Source: Octopus sinensis (Eukaryota). Taken from it: DNA of 64,000 nt. This document shows positions 53,268-64,000 of this stretch, one piece after another. Position numbers and translations under genes: made by a program. The notes beneath the pieces were generated by a model that worked only from the letters and a program-made list of their open reading frames with translations, made no database searches and was not told the origin of the DNA. Numbering within the stretch: position 1 is the stretch's first letter; the number at the start of each line of letters is the position of its first letter. The DNA is taken from NCBI RefSeq assembly GCF_006345805.1, contig NC_043014.1, forward strand, positions 27,714,001-27,778,000, written 5' to 3'.

Positions 53268-53488
53268 CCCTTCTGTTACCATATTTCTGTTGAAATACAG
53301 TTCCTTTGTTTCAATTAATTTTGAAAATAATGAGGAATTTAGTCACACACTTTTGTCCTTATTAAGCTGGTGTTAGGAACTAAATTTCAATCTGAAATTT
53401 TGATATACGTTTTTAATTTAAATCAATTTAAAACAGGGAGTTTGTATCAGATCCAAAATCAGTTTTAGGTGGGTAGGTATCAGAAGGG
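53268..53488. mobile_element. piggyBac-type MITE
   Basis: TIR cccttctgttacc / ggtatcagaaggg (12/13); flanks ttca and ttac are degenerate TTAA. Confidence 0.7.
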
Positions 53489-53684
53489 TTACTCACATGT
53501 CTGCTGCATCAGGGTGTGGTTAGGCCTGTGGTTGAACAATAATGAAAGCTTATTACTGCTTATTTACTATTTTCTTCAATTAGTGTTTTAAATGCCAGCT
53601 CTGATTATCTATAATGATTTACTAATGTTCTGTTTGTATTTTGAGATAAGATATGCTCTATTTTATACTTTGCAACAACTTCTT

Positions 53685-54710
53685 GAAGGCAGCAATCTGG
53701 CAGAATTGTTTGCATACCAGACAAAATGCTAAGGGGCATTTCATTTGACCTTACATTTTTAGTTCAAATTCTGCTAAGGTTGACTTTGCCTTCCATCCTT
53801 TCGGAGTCAATAAAATAAGTACTAATAAAAAATTTCAAGGGATTTTGGAAAATAACTTTGTCATTATTTAGCTGGTGTTTGGAAAATCACTTAATAAAAG
53901 GGTTCTAAAAAAAACAAATATGACGGGTTTTAATTCAGATATCCTTATTTCCTATTTGTCTATGTCATTAGACTGCAATCACGCTGGGGCACCACCTTGG
54001 AGAATTTTAGTTGAATGAATAAATCCTGCTGCTTATTCTATTGGTCCTGTTTGCTGAACTGCTAAGTTATGAAGACATAAAAACCAGTTGTCAAGTATTG
54101 ATTCAATACTGTGCTTGTATATAAGGTGTGAAATCTTTCTGATCTGCCACCATAAATATGATAGCATTGGTAGGGTTAGTTTGGTTTGTGGTTATAATGT
54201 CATGATTGAATTCTCTCACAAATGCAATATTTGTTCATGTAAACACAGTTTTTTGTAAATTTTAAAAATCTTTACAGTCAGCATTCCAGTCCTGAAATCT
54301 TCTTTTGTTCATTATTTTATCTTTTTGGCATGTACTTTTTATATGGACTTGGGACTACTTTGAGAAAAAAGATTCATTGAATTTTATAAGAAATTTCTTA
54401 GAAGGGAAAGAGTAGTGCCCAAAACCATTTTTTAGAACTGCCACTACAGATAGGAATAAATCATCCTCAGACTAGATACCTGGCCTAAATACTGAGTTGA
54501 TTCTGCTGAAGGTATCCAAGTGTTCGGAGGTGGTGTTTCCTCCAATGGGATTGAATACAGTCTCTGTTTACCAAATTTTAGCCACAAGGCTTTGGTTGAC
54601 TCAAGGTTATAGTAGAATACAGTGACCGTAAGTACTATGCAATGGAACTAAACCCAAAACCGATTAGTTAGAAAGTGAATTTCTTAACCATAATGCCATA
54701 CTTGCACAAA
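53685..54710. mobile_element. Intronic SINE fragments (+ 53685-53825; - 53950-54110; - 54555-54710)
   Basis: Similar to the 12367 and 63609 SINE families. Confidence 0.7.
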
Positions 54711-56291
54711 GTTGTTTAGTTGGAAGCAAATCTACAAATAAAGCTGTTTCAACAATGACCGTCATATTAAAATTTTTTTTTATCAGGTATTGCTTGTAGG
54801 ACCAGGTTATTCATTGTGTTTTTCTGTTCTTATAGTGATATGGCTTTGAGGGTGTTTAAGTAACCGCATACACCCAACAAGGAAGCCTTTATATGGTCAT
54901 TCGACTTGGTAGAAATAGCAGCCAAATCTCCCTCTTAAATTACATTACACCATTTTAAAATAGAGGGGGACATGCCTGGCAAAATAGAGGTAGTCATGGC
55001 TGGATTACATTTGTTTAAATGTCTGCTCAATCAGGGCTAAGTAACAACAATAGTATAGAAGTTCCCCTTAATTTCTGACCTCATGACAGGAGCTACACTT
55101 TAATCTTTTTGAAAAGTTTAATTTTCAGTGAGCCTGTTTACATAAAGTACAATTCTCTGCTGCAAATATAAAGACCATGAACATTGAATTTGAAGAATTA
55201 AGAATTGAATCAGAGTTAACAATATCAAAGCATACTCACTAACTAGAGATCTAAGTCATATTCAATTGTACTCTAAAAATGTGCAGAACTCATCATACTT
55301 CCTTCCTATGTAATACTCAGCAATCTCTCATTAATTTTTACAGCAGCCACACGTACCTTAGATTACCATAATTTCAATTAAAAAGGAAACAAACTTTGAT
55401 TTGGGAGTGTTACTAACACTGTATAAATATGCCTTAAGATCAATTTCTGTTTAGATAGTACTCAGATACATGTCAACATAAAAAAAAAAGAAAGAAATGT
55501 GTTCTTTTCATAATAAAATTCCTACTCATTAATATTCCCTAACTGTAGATCCAGCATCCTCTCAATAACTCTGTTCCTTCAAACTTACCATTCAGCCTTG
55601 TCACTCTCAAGTATTTCAAACATTACTTCACCTGTCCATTCCAGTATTGAATAATTCTGAAACTTTCCTTTTACTCCTATTCTTGACATCAACATTTTAC
55701 ATTAGTTTCTAGTCACATTATTAGCCATTCAAAATCCCCCAATCTATGAGAGTCTACAAAAACTATGGACTTCACTTCCAATTCCTTATTATATTCTATC
55801 TACAGAGCTGAAGAAAAATATATGAATTAAATTACATACTGCCTCTGACATTTTAAAGAGCTCTTTCCCAAACTCTTTAAAATTTGATACCCTTTAGATA
55901 TTTGCAAAAGAAAAACTGTTGAAACCAATTGTGCCAAAAAAGTTAATCCTTAAAAGTTTAATTAATGAAATTTTCACTTTGATTGTTTTGTGATGCAGTT
56001 TTACGGTAACTCAAATTCGTATTGAATATCAATAAAAATTATATTTTCAAAATAAGCAAACTAATAAAAGTTTAGGTGTAAATGTTTAATAAAAATATTC
56101 ATTTAAAAGCACCTTGATTTCAATTATGTAAAAAATTTTGGAAATCATATAAAATTGAATCAAACTTATTGAAATTAAGTAAGAAAATAAGTGTTTAAAA
56201 ATTTAAATAAACCAAATAAACTATAACATCTTTAGATTGTTATTGACTTTTTTATTTCTTAATTATGGTTTTGTTTTGGTTTCTTTTCTAG

Positions 56292-56789
56292 GGTGATAAT
56301 TTTGCTGTTTGTGAAGCTATAGTTCGACGAGAGCAAAGAGAAAAAGTTTGTCGTTTTGATATTAAGACATTGGGTGGAAATTGTGTTAAACAGCAGAACT
56401 ATGGATATGATGATGGAATGCCGTGTGTTCTTCTAAAATTAAACAAGATTTTTGACTGGGAACCTGTACCTTACAATTTGTCTGAGGTACCTGAAGAAAT
56501 CAAAGACAGTTACAAAGAGTATGCAATAAAGGTGACTTGCAAAGGTGAGCTGCCAGCAGACCGAGAGAATCTTGGTGATATTTCATACTACCCTAATGAA
56601 GGTTTTCATTTCAAGTACTACCCATATCTTAACCAACAAGGGTACCGTTCTCCTCTGGTCTTTGTACAGTTTGAGAATCCCAAAACTGGAATCCTTCTTA
56701 TGATTGAATGTAAAGCTTGGGCCAAAAACATTATACACAATAGGTTACAGAAACTTGGAACAATACATTTTGAATTACTTATTGATTAA
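56292..56789 (+). CDS. ATP1B: Na+/K+-transporting ATPase beta subunit, coding exon 2 (aa 141-305, stop)
   Basis: Acceptor ttggtttcttttctag|G, phase 0. All six ectodomain Cys present (VCEA, KVCRF, GNCV, MPCVLLKLNKIFDW, VTCKG, IECKAWAKNI); YYPY motif; C-terminus GTIHFELLID*. Confidence 0.95.
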   Translation, partial: GDNFAVCEAIVRREQREKVCRFDIKTLGGNCVKQQNYGYDDGMPCVLLKLNKIFDWEPVPYNLSEVPEEIKDSYKEYAIKVTCKGELPADRENLGDISYYPNEGFHFKYYPYLNQQGYRSPLVFVQFENPKTGILLMIECKAWAKNIIHNRLQKLGTIHFELLID

Positions 56790-56875
56790 GGGGAGGTGCT
56801 GTTGTAAGGAACCCCAAAGATATATTGAGCAACAAAACACCCAAGACTATGGTTCATATATATATATATGTATAT

Positions 56876-56906
<31 letters not shown>

Positions 56907-57959
56907 ATTTATAATTTGTCATAATTACTTGTATACTTATATAAGTTCAGATCTAGTTTTTTTACTTCCTTTCAATTTCAGATTTAGGAAACTGTTTTTT
57001 CCTCTCTCAATTTTTATACATTTTATATTCAATTGTATGAATTATTATTACATTTATACCCATTTTGATATCCATCTTTTTCCTTATGTCCTTGTATACC
57101 AGATGGTACAACATAAAAAGACATAGCTGAATTGTTGGTGGAAAGTATGTGACTCAGTCAGTGTGTCTCTTTTTTGACAACCAAGTTGACATTAACCAAA
57201 GAAATGTCCTTTACTTTTGTTGAAATACATTGCTCTTAGCAGCAAAGCTTGAACACACTGTCATCTTTAGTTTAATGTTTTGTACCATATCAACTCTTCC
57301 AGCATATACTTTTTTTTTATTAAATCTGTAGTTTCAAAATCAAAAACTACGGTAATTTGCCTTCATTCAACATTTAATTCATTACATTTCAACAAACTAT
57401 TTTTATCAGTATCCATATTTTTTATATAGTGTTTCCTTCATTCTTTTGTTTTCCTCAGTTTTCCCTGATTTAAACATCATTATTCATTTTATTTTGCTCT
57501 TTTATAATGAACCTAAAATACTTGTCTTTGGCAAATGATTTGTGTCACTTTCAGTATGGTACTATATGGAAAGTATAATTTAGAAAGTATCCACACACAT
57601 ACACATTCACTATTTTATTTGATACAAAAGCAAAATTGCTTTGACATACTGTGATAGTAGAAGTGTGTAGAGTGTAATATATGCTTGTTGCAATTGTAGC
57701 TACAAACTCATACTGATATGTTTCATAACTTTAGCTACAAGTTTGAAATTTTATCCTCAACCCACTCTAACACACAGAAGTGTTGGAAATGGGATAAACA
57801 GTTTTAGATTATCTTGTATTAAAAGCAGATTTTTCTTTCACATTCCTTATTTTGACTTTTATATATTTCTTGATGATGATGATATTATTAGTAAAATCGT
57901 TTGATATTTTCAGCTTTTGTTTTATAAACCTTTATGTTTATATGAAATGTCTGTTTACA

Positions 57960-58003
<44 letters not shown>

Positions 58004-59055
58004 CCAGGGATTGAGGTGTGAGAAGAAAGTTAGCTTCAGGCAATCTGATTATGTAACCCTGCACTCATCAGAGGTAACTGTTATGGAATGAAATATGGTG
58101 ATAGACTCTTAGATGACACCCCCACACATATATAATATGCATATGAATGGTTCTAGATACTTGGATCTGTACAGTTTTACTCATAGCCAAGATTTTTCTA
58201 TCAAATTAAAGCTATAAGTGGTGAGTGATTTTATTATTTAAGATATGTTAAAAGTTTTTAAAATGCAAGATGATCTTAAAGAAAATGTCTGTGGGGTAAC
58301 TGGTTTTATTTGGCAATAAGCTATATTATTAATGGAAGTACATTAGCTTAGTAAAGTCGGTGCTAACATAATTAATGTAATGAACCAAGAAATTTTAATT
58401 ATAAGTGAAAAGCCTAAAAAAAAATTTCATTACATCAAAAACTATCTAATTCTTTGAAATTAAAATATTCATGGGGAGAACCAGTCGATGAGGTTTCAAT
58501 TTTGAAACTCTTTTTAACTGTGCCTTTATTTCTACTGCTTTCCCCGTACACAATATATATACGTGTGTATGTATGCATCTGCACACATATACATTGTGAA
58601 TGAGTTAAAGTATATATACATTTGTTTGTGTATACTTGTGAATTTGTGTGTGTGTGCGTGTTTTTAAGAAATCTAGAATTTTCACATGGCTACATACAAG
58701 AAATGTTCCTCAATAAATTAGTTATTATTAAACAATAATTCCAAATGTCCCTATGTTTCAGAAACCAACTTAACTGTTATAGAATATTCAGTTATATCTA
58801 TTTAATCATAGAATAGTTTGTTATATTTTAAATGCAAATAAAGTTATATGCATGTTTGCATACATTCATGTATGCAAACATTCAAAAATTGAATGTAATT
58901 TAAAGAGACATAAGTATATATTTTTTATTCTGATAATATATTTACAAATCGCTCTCAAGTAATGACATTTTTTTTATTCTGTTTAAACTGAGAAATGTAA
59001 ATCTTTGTAAAAAAACAAAAAGTATTGAAATAAATACGAAACATATTTTCTGATA
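56790..59055 (+). other. Probable long 3'UTR of the beta-subunit gene
   Basis: Stretch with no recognisable TE after the stop; AATAAA at 58837 and 59029, the latter followed by a GT/T-rich tract at ~59075-59117. The end is inferred. Confidence 0.55.
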
Positions 59056-59454
59056 TATATATGTATGTGTATATATTTGTTTGGGTTTTTTGTTACTGTT
59101 TTATTCCTTTGTTGTTTCACATAAAAACAATCTACCTGGACATCAACAAATCAATGAGGTACCCCTCATGGTTACTAAACTTGTAAGAAATAGCAGCCAA
59201 ACCAAACTCAATTTGAAAAAGAACACTGTGTTCTCTGATATATAAAATGATCATATAATTATGGGTAGAATATCATTCATAGACCTGCTCATACAGAGCT
59301 GATTTGGAGCTGAAGAACAACTGGATCATTCTCATTATCAACATTATAAAGAAAAATGGCTGAATTTGTTACATGTCAGTTCATATCTTGACAGTGACGT
59401 TGTGCTAAAGCATTCAAAGGATATTTAACACTACAAGTACATATGTATATATTT

Positions 59455-60150
59455 TTTCTCATTTCAGTCGTTAGACTGTGGCCATGCTGGGACATCAACT
59501 TGAAGAGTTTTTAGTTGAATAAATTGACTCCAGTACATTTTAAAAATCCTGGTACTTATTCTATCAGCCCTCTTTGCCGAAATTCCAAGTTATGGGGACT
59601 TATAATAATGATAATAATAATGAAATTATTGTATACAGTGCTCAGGTGCACCACAACTTGTCAGAAAGTGCATATAGAGTATATGCAGTAATGTACAAAT
59701 GTCTGGAAAGTGAACAGTGTATGAGTCAGATACATGCTTGTGTGTGTATGGAGGGGAGAAAATCAGGTGTAGTATTGACGAATCTCAGAAAGCATGGAAG
59801 TTTTGAAGGATGCAGTGCTCCAACAACTAGCAACTGATGCTGGCAGTTTGTTCCATGCTTCAGCAACTCTTAGGGTGAAAAAATGTTTCCGAAAGTCATG
59901 GGAGCTGTGCTGTTTTCTGACTTTGTAAACATGTCAACGGTTGTTAGACAGGTGGAGTTTGAAAACACACCAACACTGTTGTCAAGCAGTAGTGGGGGAC
60001 AGACACAAACACACTCATATACATGGTGAACTTCTTTCAGTTTCCATTTACCAAATTCACTCAAGGCTGAAGTTGCCACACAGTAAAATTGAACCCAGGA
60101 CCAAGTGGTTGCAAAGCAAGCTTCTTACCACATAGCCACACTTGTGCCTA
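59455..60150 (-). mobile_element. SINE interrupted by a nested CR1/L2 3' end (59612-59964)
   Basis: SINE halves join across the insert (ggggactta...aacacaccaacac); the insert closely matches 25062-25430. Confidence 0.85.
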
Positions 60151-60189
60151 TATACAGATCGATATACTGAAACAAAATTGAAGGCTGCC

Positions 60190-60650
60190 ATTATTTGTTT
60201 TGTCTATGTTGCTATATGCATGTAAGACCTGAGTTACTTAATGAGAATATGAAAAAGCTGGAGCAATTTCACCAACAATGTCTCTACTGTATACTGGGTA
60301 TCCAGTGGCAAATGCATGTAAGTGATGTTGAAGTCCTTGAACACCAACAGTCTACCAGTATCTCTGCACTGATTATTTGATGGAGTGGTCATGTGGTGTG
60401 GTCAGGATAAAAGATGATTGAATCCCTAAGCAATTTCTGTATGAGGAGATAGCCCAGAGTAAAAGTCAAGCACATAAATTGAAATTAAATTATAAGTGTT
60501 AAATCAAAAGTACACTGGTGATTAAATTCTTAGAAAATAGATGTGAAAATCTTGTTCTTAATTCTTCATTGTGAAGGAAAGCAGTGCATGATGGAAGATG
60601 GGATTGTAATACGAAGAACTGTAAAATGAGGAACAAAGTATGATTCACCT
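60190..60650 (+). mobile_element. RTE/BovB-like LINE RT C-terminal remnant
   Basis: LLYACKT, KKLEQFHQQCLYCILGIQWQMHVSDVEVLE, IPKQFLY. Confidence 0.75.
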
Positions 60651-61619
60651 ACCTCTTAGTGTTGACTGTCCAACTGGGTTAAATTCAAGATGCACCCTAC
60701 CCATCTGACCTATTGTTAGAACCCACAGAAAATTTTCTTACTCACACATCTACACGCATCCCTTCACTCACACTGCCTGAGGCCAAAGATGCCTACTTCT
60801 GCCCCTTCTGGTAGGGCTCTTCGGCCATTGACATCACTGACCCTTTCCTCCTGAATTACCTCATCACCACAGGAACAAAATCCTATCAAGCATGAACTGC
60901 TAAAAGAGAGATGTTAGCAAAGGTCTTGATGTGAATTTGGTTGAGTATGTTGGTATACAATCCAGTTTAACATGCAGCAAGTGTGGATTCTGTATCTAAG
61001 TATGAGAGGCCTTGGAAGTCATCAGAGAAGCCACAGACACAAGGAAATTGTTATCTATGTATTATACAGCATCTGTACTTGCACAGCGTTTGGAAAAGAT
61101 GTCAAGAGATGGACTGAAACATATGAAGGTTCATCAAAACAATATTGTAACATCTACTGCAAGAGGTATCCAGTATTGTCACATCTGTACAAAAGAGTGT
61201 AAGTCCCAAGCAGAAATGAAAAATACCACATCCATACCAGTCATGCTTGAAAAAATAATTGAGCAATGGTATTATTCAAAATCTAGTTGCAACCATTGTG
61301 TGTGAGGGGTTGGTAAACTTCTTATATCATTGATCCCTTCATGGAATCATTGATATTGATAACTTTATCAGCTCCCATCATGTAAATTTCTAAAATGAAA
61401 TTAAAAAGTATAATGGGTAAAGAATTTCTTGATTTAAAAACAATTCCTTCTTTCTTTTGTGTTGTTACTGCTTTTTAATAAATACTTTAAAAAATTTAAT
61501 GAAAATACTTAAAATTTATAAAAAACAATAAAAATTCAGTCATTTTATATTGATGTAGTTGAAATATTTAATGTGAAATATGTGTTTGGTGAACACTGGT
61601 TATTGCATCAATATTTGAC

Positions 61620-63050
61620 AGGAAATTAATGACTTTTAGCCTTAAATTACTATATTCTTCCTGATTCATTCTGTTTCTCTTTCATTAAGAGTAAATTTGC
61701 ATGAGTCAAACCTACTTCAACCATATATGAATTTGGAAATGTCAATAAAATGCTGCACTAAGATTTGGGTATTTATATTGTTCCAATAATCACTCAGATT
61801 TTTGTTTTAAATAAAGATTTAAGCATATCTTTGTGCACATTCAGTGCAACTTTGACTCAATGCCTACATTTTCTATTTCTATGTCAAATGGCAGAGCAAT
61901 CCAGTTAGATGTGCAGTTTCTCCAAATCCTCAAAATGTAATTTTAAATCTTCTTGTAATTTTCATGGTCACTTTTGAAATTTTATCCTTTCTTTCATCTT
62001 CCAACTGCTATAAATTTGGGAAATAACTTTATTCTCTGCATGTCAATAAATATTTAAATAAGTATTTTAGCTTGGAAACACATTAGAGTTATTTGAGCCT
62101 GAATAATTGTAACATCTTTGCCTTGTAAGTATTCCCATATTTTGTTAAATTTGAATATAGATTTGCCAGATAGAAAAGATGATTTTTTTAAACACTAATT
62201 TTAATTCATCACCACAAGAAACTCAACAGTGGTGTCATATAAGCTAACAATTCTCTGCAAGGGATCATCTCTTCAAACCTGCCTTACTTCAGTGTGCACA
62301 AGATGCTGATTGAAGGTTTTGGTTTTTTTTTTTTTCCTCAATATTGTAAATAATTGTGATTTCTGAGAGTGTGGTTTTATTTTTTTCACTGATCCAATGC
62401 ATTTAAGACAGCAGGTATTTCTCCTCTCACATTCTTAGCTATGAGATAATTTCTGTGTCTTGTACAGTGGTCAGTACACACATCATTAACCTTTTTGTCT
62501 TGAGCAAGGATGCAAATCCTCTGTTACAACCAACCATTACTGGTGCACTGTCTGAAGGCATTACATTATTATTCTCAAGAGAAATATTAAATTTTTGCAA
62601 ATAATCCTCTAAGTATTACAAAATTGTCTCCTGTTTTGCATCAACTTTAAGATAATCAGCAAACAAAAATTCATCAACAATATACTTAAGATTTCGCTGT
62701 TATGGCATCACACAGGCTGTGAGAATATGTGAATTACTGAATGTTAGATCATTGAGTTGGATAGAAAACTTGTAATACTGAAGCTCTGACACCAAAGTTT
62801 TTTTTCTATATAAATGTCCATCTTTTCTGTGTGTCAATTCAGTTAAAGGTATGTATTTTAAAATAGGCTGAGAGTCTTCCTTCATAATATTTTCAATTAC
62901 ATCTCTAATAGCTGATATAATAATATCCTCACCTGTTATGTGATTTTCCTTTCTATGCTCTGGTGTATGATGCCTATATCTATGACATCATGTATGATGC
63001 CTTCAGTCCTCTGTCATAATTACCACTGGTGAATACATTAGAAATGTTAA
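61620..63050 (-). pseudogene. hAT Buster/Charlie-type transposase remnant
   Basis: FSIQLNDLTF, DEFLFADYL, DSAPVMVG..RGF, decayed HC..HR and EVR(WLSRG)..LQR motifs. Confidence 0.7.
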
Positions 63051-63608
63051 ATTTGACTGTTTTATAGTCTTTCAATGCCCTAAAATAATTCTAAGATCTT
63101 TTTTTTTTACCAGAATGAACTCTTTAAAGGTAGTCCTTCCTCTTTGTCAGTTTCATGGCATCATTATAATTTTAAGGTTTTTTACATAACAGGTACATCC
63201 ATGCAACACAAGAGAACAACTCCTTCAATTGTCCAAATATGGCATAGCATATCTTACAAATAGATTAGGAAATTGCATAATCAATCCTTACCCTTTTAAT
63301 TGCCAAAAATGATGCCTTGAACTTATCTTCCCTTCTTGATGCACTTTATAATTTTTAAAATTTACTTAAAAGTTTTAATTCTATAATATCATTTGTAAAT
63401 ATACAACATATATGTATGTATATATATTTAAGCATATATATGGTTTTGTTAGAATATATTGCTTTAAAATACATGCCATACTTCTCTATTATCTAAACAA
63501 TGGATACATTCTGTGTTGGTTTGATACCAGTTTGTGATACAATTGACTGGTGATAGTCAATTGTCTTGCTTTGAAGACGGTACAAGATAGTACAAACAAT
63601 TTGTAAGA

Positions 63609-64000
63609 GCGAAGCTGTGTGGTAAGAAGCTTGCTTCCCAACCATATGGTTCTGGGTTCAGTCCCACTGCATGGTGTCTTGGGCAAGTACCTTCTACTCT
63701 AGCCTCAAGCCAATCAAAGCCTTGTGAGTGGATTTGGTAGATGAAAACTGAAAGAAGCTTATTGTACATATATATATGTGAGTGTGTATGTTTTTGTATC
63801 TGTGTTTGTCTCCCCACTACCACTTGATAACTGGTGTTGGTGTGTTTATGGCCCCATAACATAGCAGTTCAGCAGAAGAGACTGATAGAATAAGTACTAG
63901 GCTTTAAAATTTTATATATAAGTCCTGGGGTCAACTAAAAACCCTTCAAGCCAGTGTTCCAGTATAGCCACAATCAAATGACCAAAACAAGTAAAAGATA
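63609..64000 (+). mobile_element. Near-full-length tRNA-derived CORE-like SINE
   Basis: gctgtgtggtaagaagc, B-box gggttcagtccc, core cttgggcaagt, internal microsatellite, tail caaatgaccaaaacaagtaaaaga. Confidence 0.88.

Noticed and set aside
44609-56291. Additional beta-subunit exons within the intron
   Set aside because: The exon 1-exon 2 join already gives a continuous 305-aa protein with normal Cys spacing; I saw no beta-like peptide in the intron, though an alternative micro-exon cannot be excluded.
60972-61305. Overlapping 76- and 97-aa ORFs
   Set aside because: No recognisable domain; probably a decayed transposon between LINE and hAT remnants.

Overview
AT-rich, microsatellite-dense eukaryotic DNA. 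The SINE families, RTE/CR1/Penelope remnants and Na,K-ATPase beta sequence point to an octopod cephalopod (inference from recognition, no database check). One host protein-coding gene is supported: a two-exon Na+/K+-ATPase beta subunit on + (44189-44608 joined to 56292-56789, 305 aa, 11.7-kb phase-0 intron), with a TATA/E-box-rich proximal region and a probable ~2.2-kb 3'UTR. The rest is mostly decayed mobile DNA: tRNA-derived SINEs; RTE, CR1-like and RLE (R4/Dong-like) LINEs; Penelope remnants with decayed minimal hammerhead motifs; a Gypsy pol fragment; mariners; a DD37E (TRT-like) Tc1 with symmetrical ends; several hATs; Helitron pieces; and MITEs. Most listed ORFs are microsatellite artefacts. 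I found no convincing new multi-gene system. The best leads are the divergent intron-poor beta subunit with a four-fold CACCTG cluster, the symmetrical DD37E element, an inverted ~500-bp repeat block, and a hAT carrying a ~148-bp-period array. All alignments and translations were done by eye; TE boundaries are approximate unless a TIR or TSD is quoted.
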